A model generated the notes under the pieces. The model made no database searches. It was not told the DNA's origin and saw nothing but the letters and a program-made list of their open reading frames with translations. This document shows positions 20,973 through 27,294 of a stretch of 32,000 nucleotides of DNA, piece by piece. The translations under genes were made by a program, and so were the position numbers. Source of the stretch: a virus; the IMG/VR virus record IMGVR_UViG_3300002461_001027, positions 1 through 32,000 of that record; one strand, written 5' to 3'. Every line of letters starts with the position of its first letter. Position 1 is the stretch's first letter.

Positions 20973-21620
20973 TCAGGAGCCGAGCGGTCTCGTGATGATG
21001 CCGTGCAGGAGCACGGTGGCGAGGATCGACGCCTGCCCCGCCTTGTTGCCGACGATGGTCGGCTGGGTGGTGCTCGACCACGCCGAGTTCGAGCCGATCT
21101 CGATGCGGCAGTTCAGGTCGATCTTGTCGGAGATGTCCGACTCTTCGCGCAGGCGGGGCGCGGCGGCCTGCGACGCGATGCCGTTGCTGAGCACCGTGAA
21201 GTCGTTGGCCGTCGAGACGCCGGTGAGGCCGAGGCCGCTCGCGTACACGAGCAGCGGGCCCTCGGCGATGAGGTTGGTCTGGCCGAGCGTGAAGCGCAGC
21301 GAGGCCATCTCGTACAGGCAGAGGACGTCGTCCTCGTCCGGGCGCGCCGTGATGTCCCACTGGCGCACGTGCACGCCGAGCCGCTGCAGCTTGAGCTTGG
21401 CGTAGCTCGGGATGCGCTTGGTCTGCGTGAGGTTGGTGAACTGCAGGTCCTTGTGGTTCTGGTCCTTGAAGGGCAGCTTCGCCTGCCCGACCGCGAACGT
21501 GGTGAACTCGACCGTGTCGTAGAAGTCGCCTTCGTACTGCTGGTCCTGCTGGACCACCGAGCCGGTGGAGGGGATGTAGAGACGACCGGGCTGCTCGGGA
21601 ACGGGAACGGCAGAAGCCAT
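20973..21620 (-). CDS. beta-rich 215-aa protein, candidate major virion structural protein
   Basis: Track ORF. AAGGA lies 9 nt upstream. It has its own upstream repeat region (21664..21711) and a downstream intrinsic terminator (20881..20918), consistent with high expression. Confidence 0.85.
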   Translation of the reverse strand: MASAVPVPEQPGRLYIPSTGSVVQQDQQYEGDFYDTVEFTTFAVGQAKLPFKDQNHKDLQFTNLTQTKRIPSYAKLKLQRLGVHVRQWDITARPDEDDVLCLYEMASLRFTLGQTNLIAEGPLLVYASGLGLTGVSTANDFTVLSNGIASQAAAPRLREESDISDKIDLNCRIEIGSNSAWSSTTQPTIVGNKAGQASILATVLLHGIITRPLGS

Positions 21621-21663
21621 GTTGCTGTCCTTTTGCTGTGAGGGCCGTAGCCCTCGGGGTTGA

Positions 21664-21711
21664 ACTGCGGAGCTGCGTTGAAGAGAGGTGCTACGAGCTG
21701 CGGTGCTGCGG
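21664..21711. promoter_or_regulatory. two pairs of tandem 8-bp GCTGCGG-type repeats upstream of 20973..21620
   Basis: ACTGCGGA GCTGCGTT at 21664..21679 and AGCTGCGG TGCTGCGG at 21696..21711, in the 144-nt intergenic region upstream of the candidate major structural gene. Confidence 0.35.
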
Positions 21712-21764
21712 AGATTGCCTTGCGCCCGTCATCCTGACCGGGCGGTGATCGCGTCGGTGGTGGT

Positions 21765-22352
21765 TCAGCTCAGCGCGGCGAGGTAGCCGTCGCGCCCGTT
21801 CATGCCGGGCATCGGCTGCAGGTCGTTGACCTGCACGTCGCCCGCCTGCCCGAGGCCGTTGGTCTGGCCGGGCATCGCGCGGAAGTCGTTCACGTCGAGG
21901 CCGTCGGTCTGGCCGGGCACCGGGCGGTAGTCGCTGACGGTGATGTCGTTGTCGATGGCGCCCATGCCGAGGAGCAGGTCGCGGTCGCTCACCTGCCCGA
22001 GGCCCTCGATGCCCGCCTTCGCCGCGAGGATGCGCACGCCGCGCACGACGCCCCAGCCCGCGAGGCCGGTCGCGATGCCCGCGCCGACGCCCTTGAGCAG
22101 CTGCGAGCCGCCGCCGAAGCGCGAGGTCGCGATGCCCGCCGCCGCGCCGAGGCCGATGGCGAGGCCCGCCTTCACGGCGTCGCTCTGCTCGCGGACCCAC
22201 GGGGCCTTGGTGAAGAGGTACTCGCCGCCGATGACGGCGGCACCAGCGGAGAGGCCCATCACGGCGACGTCCTTGAGGTCGTCGGTGAGACCAGCGATGC
22301 CGAACAGCGAGTCGATGTCGGCGGCGAGACCATCCAGTTCCATCATGTTCAT
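21765..22352 (-). CDS. Gly/Ala-rich membrane protein
   Basis: Track ORF 21765..22523 trimmed to ATG 22352 (AGGAG 9 nt upstream). The longer form would cross terminator 22384..22429. Starts MNMMELDGLAADIDS. Glycine-zipper-like segments are GLAIGLGAAAGIA and GVGAGIATGLAGWGVV. Confidence 0.75.
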   Translation of the reverse strand: MNMMELDGLAADIDSLFGIAGLTDDLKDVAVMGLSAGAAVIGGEYLFTKAPWVREQSDAVKAGLAIGLGAAAGIATSRFGGGSQLLKGVGAGIATGLAGWGVVRGVRILAAKAGIEGLGQVSDRDLLLGMGAIDNDITVSDYRPVPGQTDGLDVNDFRAMPGQTNGLGQAGDVQVNDLQPMPGMNGRDGYLAALS

Positions 22353-22383
22353 GTGCGTTGCTCCTGACTGCGCGTTGGACTGC

Positions 22384-22429
22384 GAAAAACAAAAAGCCCA
22401 CGGCGCTGCGCTTGGCAGAACCGTGGGCT
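22384..22429 (-). terminator. intrinsic terminator, 130 nt downstream of 22562..23401
   Basis: Minus strand reads AGCCCACGG-(17 nt)-CCGTGGGCT followed by TTTTGTTTTTCG. Confidence 0.8.
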
Positions 22430-22461
22430 TGTTCACCCTCGTGGTCGGCTTCCGGGAGTGG

Positions 22462-22473
22462 GAGTCATGACTC
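22462..22473. repeat. palindrome copy GAGTCATGACTC (exact)
   Basis: Lies 90 nt after the stop of 22562..23401 and just upstream of terminator 22384..22429. Opens an 11-codon mini-ORF. Confidence 0.95.
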
Positions 22474-22561
22474 TTTTGGTCATGCACCCCGGGAGGCGAT
22501 ATGTGCTTCGACACGTGAAGCATCTGGGACCTGCCCAGAGCTTGTCAAGCCCCTTCCGACG

Positions 22562-23401
22562 TCAGCGCCTGTTCAAGAGGCCAGAGAAGCTCCCGGGGGG
22601 CACCCGGACGCCCGGCGCCCAACGAGAGTGCCCCTGCAGTCCGCCGAGCCCGCGCCGCTTCTTGGGCTTCGACTGCTCCTCCGCCCACGCGATGATGTCC
22701 TCCCACGAGTCCAGCTCCAGTTCACCGTCGTCCGTAGCGATGGTGCCTCCGCCACCGTGCTTCTGCACGTTCCACACGGGCACCGCGTTGTATGCGCCGC
22801 AGATGTCGAAGAGAACCTGCTGCTCGTTGTCGCCGTCGTGGTGCGCCTCGACGGCGGTGTCGTGCTGGAAAAAGACGGCGTTGCGCCCGTACTTGTGGCC
22901 GCGTCCGTCGAACAGCATGCGCCACTTCCGGTCATCGGCGCGAAACGAGAAGCCGAAGAGTGGCTCACGCTCCCCGGGGTCTCGGTCGCAGCGGGCTTCG
23001 TTCTCTCGGCGCTTCGCGTCCGTAAAGTGGCGCGTAAGGCCCAGCTCGTACATGAGCGTGCCGTACTTGAACGTCGTAAACGGCGAGGCGTTGGTGAGGT
23101 GCACGAGCCACGTACCCGGAGGCACCGGCTTCGCGTCGTAGAAGAAGAGGTAGCTCGGAGCCTGCGGACCCAAGTCGTTCACCAGCTCCTCGTACCAGCG
23201 CGCCTTGTCCGCCATGAGCCACGCCGTGAACTCCTTTAGCTGGCGCGGGTTCATGTCCTCCGGTGAAGCGTCTTCGTGGCTGAGGTCGACCTCGTCGAAC
23301 TCGTGCGCCCACTCTTCGATGGCGAACGCAAGGTCGTAGGGGTCGAGGTCGATGTTGAGGTAGTCGATGAGGCTCTTCTGCAGTCGCTGCGCAGGAGTCA
23401 T
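22562..23401 (-). CDS. acidic 279-aa protein, unknown function
   Basis: Track ORF. ATG 23401 lies in exact palindrome 23395..23406. Confidence 0.85.
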   Translation of the reverse strand: MTPAQRLQKSLIDYLNIDLDPYDLAFAIEEWAHEFDEVDLSHEDASPEDMNPRQLKEFTAWLMADKARWYEELVNDLGPQAPSYLFFYDAKPVPPGTWLVHLTNASPFTTFKYGTLMYELGLTRHFTDAKRRENEARCDRDPGEREPLFGFSFRADDRKWRMLFDGRGHKYGRNAVFFQHDTAVEAHHDGDNEQQVLFDICGAYNAVPVWNVQKHGGGGTIATDDGELELDSWEDIIAWAEEQSKPKKRRGLGGLQGHSRWAPGVRVPPGSFSGLLNRR

Positions 23402-23406
23402 GACTC
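23395..23406. repeat. palindrome copy GAGTCATGACTC (exact)
   Basis: Central ATG is the start of 22562..23401. The TGA of 23405..23623 overlaps its upstream arm. Confidence 0.95.
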
Positions 23407-23623
23407 AGCGCCTCGCAGTCTGCTGCTTGAGCTGCGGCAGCATGCGCACGGTCCAGCCGCGCGCCGTGTTCTCGTACTCTGTCGCGCGGTGGCACTTGGC
23501 GCAGTCGAGGACCCGGAAGATGCCGAGCCCGAGCGTGTGCACCTGCGCGACGACGTGGTTGCACTCCGGGTTGCCGCACCGAAGCGTGCCCATCACGTTC
23601 TGCGACGTGATCTGCCCACCCAT
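23405..23623 (-). CDS. small zinc-ribbon protein (CxxC...CxxC)
   Basis: Track ORF 23405..24028 trimmed to ATG 23623, because the upstream part is Arg-rich and overlaps 23710..24486. Product MGGQITSQNVMGTLRCGNPECNHVV...LDCAKCHRATEY. The start is uncertain (alternative ATG 23593). Confidence 0.6.
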   Translation of the reverse strand: MGGQITSQNVMGTLRCGNPECNHVVAQVHTLGLGIFRVLDCAKCHRATEYENTARGWTVRMLPQLKQQTARR

Positions 23624-23657
23624 CGACTCTTCGGCAAACCCAAGGGCCACAGAAAGC

Positions 23658-23698
23658 TCCAGAAGAAGAACGGCGCCCCGCGTTGTAGCAGGGCGCCG
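23658..23698 (-). terminator. putative terminator after 23710..24486
   Basis: 8-bp GC stem (CGGCGCCC / GGGCGCCG), 12-nt loop, then TTCTTCTTCT on the minus strand. Confidence 0.5.
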
Positions 23699-23709
23699 CC
23701 CGTTCGCAC

Positions 23710-24486
23710 TTACTTCTTGCTGCGGCGCTTGAAGCGCTTCGAGGCCTTCGAGCTGTTGTAGTTCTTCACCCAGCCCTTGCTGCCCTTCTTGCCGATGCGC
23801 TGAATGTCCTCGCGCACCGCCGCCGCTGCCGCCCGCTTCGCGAGCGACCGCGCCCGGGCCTGCTTGAGCGAGAACTCGCGCTTCTCCGCGAGGGTCTTCG
23901 CCCGAGCCTTCTCGTACTGCGTCGCCGTCGGGTACCGCCCCTTCGACGCCACGTACGCGTTGCCCTCGGCTTCGAGGCTCTGCATCGCGAGACGGCGCTG
24001 CGACGCGTTGAGCTTCACGACGACGCACTGGCCGGGCACTTCGGCCGCGCGCTTGCCGTGAGCGCCGACGAGACGACGAACGCCGTCCTTGTCGGTGCGC
24101 ACGCCGAGTCCGGTGCCGAGCGCCTTCAGGAGCGCGCCGCCAGCTGCACGGACGTCCTTCGACTTCTGCACCTCGACCGACTTGCCGCTCTTGAGCTTCA
24201 CCATCTCGCCCCGGTCCGGCACGCAGACCGACACGTAGCCAGAGCCGGTCGCCGGGCGCTTGGCGAGCGTCAGGTCACCGACCTTCAGCTCCTTGCCCGA
24301 CGAGGTGATGTCGCACGTGCGCGAGCCCTTCTTGCCCTTGCAGGCACCACGGGCGACCTCTCCGCGCACGAAGCTGGCGACGACGCGCTTGGCGTCCTTG
24401 GACGGCGCCGTGCTTCCGGGAGCGGTCAGACGACCGAGCCCGGCGAGCACGCCACCGACCTTGCTGCTGTTTCCGAAGAGTCCCAT
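23710..24486 (-). CDS. basic 258-aa protein with Lys/Arg-rich C-terminus
   Basis: Track ORF. GAGGA lies about 10 nt upstream. Starts MGLFGNSSKVGGVLAGLGRL. Tail is KGSKGWVKNYNSSKASKRFKRRSKK. Hairpin terminator 23658..23698 lies downstream. Confidence 0.8.
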   Translation of the reverse strand: MGLFGNSSKVGGVLAGLGRLTAPGSTAPSKDAKRVVASFVRGEVARGACKGKKGSRTCDITSSGKELKVGDLTLAKRPATGSGYVSVCVPDRGEMVKLKSGKSVEVQKSKDVRAAGGALLKALGTGLGVRTDKDGVRRLVGAHGKRAAEVPGQCVVVKLNASQRRLAMQSLEAEGNAYVASKGRYPTATQYEKARAKTLAEKREFSLKQARARSLAKRAAAAAVREDIQRIGKKGSKGWVKNYNSSKASKRFKRRSKK

Positions 24487-24511
24487 GGCAGGTGTCCTCG
24501 TCAGCAGGCGC

Positions 24512-24676
24512 TTACTTGTTCGCCCACTTGCAGAGGCCCGCCATCTTCTTGCGCTTGGCGGCCGAGACCTTCTTGCAGGTCTTGCGCATCATCGCCTTGC
24601 GGGCGGCGGTGCCCATCTTCGCGATGCCGCGCTTCTTGCCGGTGGAACGACGGGTCTTGCGGGAACGACGAGCCAT
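24512..24676 (-). CDS. 54-aa Arg/Lys-rich protamine-like protein (putative DNA-condensing)
   Basis: Track ORF 24512..24751 (TTG) trimmed to ATG 24676 with AAGGAG 8 nt upstream. Product is MARRSRKTRRSTGKKRGIAKMGTAARKAMMRKTCKKVSAAKRKKMAGLCKWANK. Confidence 0.65.
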   Translation of the reverse strand: MARRSRKTRRSTGKKRGIAKMGTAARKAMMRKTCKKVSAAKRKKMAGLCKWANK

Positions 24677-24755
24677 GGTGCTTCTCCTTCGATGCGGCTG
24701 GATGCCGCGTTGGTGGATCTCCAGCTTCGACGTTCGCGAGCTTGCCGTCAACGGG

Positions 24756-24767
24756 GAGTCATGACTC
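24756..24767. repeat. palindrome copy GAGTCATGACTC (exact)
   Basis: Intergenic between 24776..25090 and 24512..24676. Opens a 4-codon mini-ORF. Confidence 0.95.
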
Positions 24768-24775
24768 GACGCCGC

Positions 24776-25090
24776 TCAGCCGACCTTCCGCAGCACGTTC
24801 TTCGCGCGCTGCAGCCGGTTCTCCAGCGCGTGACACGCGGCCGTCGTCTCGGGGCCCATGCTGCAGGTCTCACCGCAGAGGAAGAAGCCCTGCGACGTGG
24901 TCCAGCGCAGCGACATGCACGCCGACGCCTCGAACGCAGGCTGCGAGCTACGCCACCAGCAGCGGAAGATGGCCGCCGGGCCCGACTCGAACAGCGTGAC
25001 GGACTCGATGGTCCAGTTGAAGCCGTCGCCCTTGCCGAAGCTGCTGGTCATGTGCTCCAGCAGCTTCAGGAACATCAACTCGCGGTTCAT
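24776..25090 (-). CDS. hypothetical Cys/Trp-rich 104-aa protein
   Basis: Track ORF. GAGAGG lies 7 nt upstream of ATG 25090. Confidence 0.75.
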   Translation of the reverse strand: MNRELMFLKLLEHMTSSFGKGDGFNWTIESVTLFESGPAAIFRCWWRSSQPAFEASACMSLRWTTSQGFFLCGETCSMGPETTAACHALENRLQRAKNVLRKVG

Positions 25091-25099
25091 GGTGGCCTC

Positions 25100-25303
25100 T
25101 CAGAAGTGGAAGACGCCGTACAGGATGGCGCCGACGGTGATGATGCCAATGGCGGCGATGAAGAGCACCTCGCGCGCCGCCTTCGATTCCAGCCGTTCCT
25201 GCTCTGCGTCCTGCTCCTGCATGATGGTCGCAGCCTGCTCCGGCGTCAGCTCGCCCTTCGCGACGCGCTGGTACAGCCTCACGATGCTCTGCTTGCGCTC
25301 CAT
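25100..25303 (-). CDS. small C-tail-anchored membrane protein
   Basis: Track ORF. The ATG directly follows the upstream TAA. C-terminus is VLFIAAIGIITVGAILYGVFHF. Confidence 0.75.
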   Translation of the reverse strand: MERKQSIVRLYQRVAKGELTPEQAATIMQEQDAEQERLESKAAREVLFIAAIGIITVGAILYGVFHF

Positions 25304-25795
25304 TTACGCCCCCTTGGTGAGCGCGTACTCGTAACAGGTGTAGTCGTGCTCGTCGCGCGCTTCGTGCAGCGTCCACCCGTGACGCCGGGCGAGGCTGCGG
25401 TGGACGCGCAGCGCAGCGTCCGAGCCACAGCCGACGACCTTCCGCACGCCGTAGCGCCGGTACACGTGCGCGAGCAGCACCTCGTACATGAGGACGCCGA
25501 GCCCGAGCCCGCGCAAGCTCTGGTTGATGTCCGCGTGCGGCGTGACGGTCTTGCTGCCTCGCACGCCGAGTATGCCCGTGACGTCGCCGACCCGGTCTTC
25601 GCCGTCGTACAACTCGACGACGACGGACTTGGCGCCCAAGCGACCGAAGTTCTTCTGCGTCACGCGCAACCAGTACCGGTCTCGGTCACGCTTGCGCACG
25701 AGCGCAGGCAGCAGCGATGAGTAGTCCGGCACGCTCCCGCGCTCAGCGTCGGGGATGTGCGGCAAGAACTCGCGCTGCAGCACGCCACCGAGCAT
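25304..25795 (-). CDS. GNAT-family N-acetyltransferase-like protein
   Basis: Track ORF 25304..26017 trimmed to ATG 25795, 5 nt after the TAA of 25801..26688. INQSLRGLGLGVLMYEVLL fits the acetyl-CoA-binding motif A (Q/R-x-x-G-x-G/A). Confidence 0.7.
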   Translation of the reverse strand: MLGGVLQREFLPHIPDAERGSVPDYSSLLPALVRKRDRDRYWLRVTQKNFGRLGAKSVVVELYDGEDRVGDVTGILGVRGSKTVTPHADINQSLRGLGLGVLMYEVLLAHVYRRYGVRKVVGCGSDAALRVHRSLARRHGWTLHEARDEHDYTCYEYALTKGA

Positions 25796-25800
25796 GACGG

Positions 25801-26688
25801 TTACTCGCCTCCGCTGTCCGTCGGCCGCAGCAGCGTGTAGTCGCGCACCCGGGCGATGATGCCCGAGGCCTTGCCCGACTTCGCCACCTCGGCCGCGCCG
25901 GGAGCTTCCCAGCCCAGCGGCTTGTCCATCGAGCCGTCGACCGAGATGAACATGGGCACCCACTTCGCGTTCGGGTTGTCGAACGTCGTCGGCGTGAGCA
26001 GGTAGATGTGGCTCCACGGCGCGTTGCGGTCGTCCGTACCGGCGACGCGCGTCGCGACGACACGCAGACGCACCGGGTGTCCGACGGCCATGAGCATCGC
26101 GCCGAGCGTGATGACGTAGTCGTCGCAGTCGCCGCCGTTGAGCTTGAAGAGCGTGCGCTCGGCCGCCGTGAAGACGTCAGCGAGCATCGCGTCGCGGGTG
26201 TAGCGGATGGCGTACGGGCTCTTCGGGTTGCGCACGGCGTTGAAGATGGCGTTCACCTCGCCGAGGCAGTCCTTCTCCTTCACGCACCAGCGGTCGCCGG
26301 TCTTCGAGGGGCGGCCCGACGAGTCGCACTTCTGCGCGAGGAGCTGGATGGTCGTCTCTCGCAGCTGCGGGTTCAGCGAGCCCTTGCGGATGAGTTCGCC
26401 GATGTAGCCGACGCGCGTGTCGATGTCGTGCACGTCGTACTGCTTGAGGACCGGCTTGCCCAGCTTCGGCTTGCCGTTGGGCAGCTTCACCTTCGGGAGC
26501 GGGAACACGCGCTGCAGCGTGCCCTGCGTCGGCTCCGGCAGCTCCTTGCCCTTCTTGGGCTTCGGGCCGTCCTTCAGGGCGCCGACCTTGCCGTCGCTGC
26601 TCGCGGAGCGAACGAGGTCGACGGCCGCAGTGAGGAAGCCTCCTGCGAACAGGACCTGCGAGAGAATCTTCAGCTTGCGGTCGCTCAT
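25801..26688 (-). CDS. membrane-anchored transglutaminase-like cysteine protease-fold protein
   Basis: Track ORF 25801..26862 trimmed to ATG 26688. N-terminal TM segment is ILSQVLFAGGFLTAAV. NGGDCDDYVITLGAMLMAVGHPVRLRVV, then WSHIYL, then a downstream Asp, match the Cys-His-Asp transglutaminase core. Confidence 0.75.
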   Translation of the reverse strand: MSDRKLKILSQVLFAGGFLTAAVDLVRSASSDGKVGALKDGPKPKKGKELPEPTQGTLQRVFPLPKVKLPNGKPKLGKPVLKQYDVHDIDTRVGYIGELIRKGSLNPQLRETTIQLLAQKCDSSGRPSKTGDRWCVKEKDCLGEVNAIFNAVRNPKSPYAIRYTRDAMLADVFTAAERTLFKLNGGDCDDYVITLGAMLMAVGHPVRLRVVATRVAGTDDRNAPWSHIYLLTPTTFDNPNAKWVPMFISVDGSMDKPLGWEAPGAAEVAKSGKASGIIARVRDYTLLRPTDSGGE

Positions 26689-26722
26689 GCGGCTCAGGGT
26701 ACCGAGCCGCACGAGCGCCGAC

Positions 26723-26734
26723 AAGTCATGACTC
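26723..26734. repeat. palindrome copy AAGTCATGACTC (11/12)
   Basis: Intergenic. Opens an 11-codon mini-ORF that ends 5 nt before ATG 26688. Confidence 0.9.
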
Positions 26735-27049
26735 CTACTCTGCGTCCGTGCGTCGCGCCTCGGCGATGAACGTGTCGAGGAACTCCTTGTCGGCGAGCCG
26801 GTCTTTGGCTGCTTGCACCAAGACCTCGGCGTCGGCTTCGTTCCACGCGTGCGTCTGCTCATAGCGCGTGCCGTCGCTCGCGTACGCGATGAAGTGCGCG
26901 GTGAAGGCCGACGACGGCGTGATGCCGCAGTGGTGGCAGTGCCGTGCCGACTTGATGAGCACGGTGACGTTGAACGGCGCCCACAAGTCGGGTCTCGTGA
27001 GCAGCATCACCTTGCTGCGCGTCAGCCGGATTTCGATGTCTTCGCTCAC
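26735..27049 (-). CDS. hypothetical 104-aa protein
   Basis: Track ORF. GTG 27049 overlaps the upstream TGA (GTGA). Confidence 0.75.
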   Translation of the reverse strand: MSEDIEIRLTRSKVMLLTRPDLWAPFNVTVLIKSARHCHHCGITPSSAFTAHFIAYASDGTRYEQTHAWNEADAEVLVQAAKDRLADKEFLDTFIAEARRTDAE

Positions 27050-27294
27050 ACGTTCACCATGCTGGAGGCGGCGCGGATGGTCGCGCGCACCCGGTTGGTC
27101 CAGAGCACGCGCTCCGTCGTGCCCAGCTTCGTGAACGTGCCGCCGGTCTCTTCCTCGTAGACCGCCGTCGCGATGCGCTCGACCAGCGGCTGGTTGTTGG
27201 TGAGCGCGACCATCACGGCCTTGAGGCCGAACTTCCCGGCGCCCATCGCGAGCGCGCCGAGGAGCTTGCCGGTGTTGCCGGGCAGGGCAGCCAT
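27046..27294 (-). CDS. hypothetical 82-aa protein
   Basis: Track ORF. ATG 27294 shares one nucleotide with the upstream TGA (TGATG). Confidence 0.7.
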   Translation of the reverse strand: MAALPGNTGKLLGALAMGAGKFGLKAVMVALTNNQPLVERIATAVYEEETGGTFTKLGTTERVLWTNRVRATIRAASSMVNV

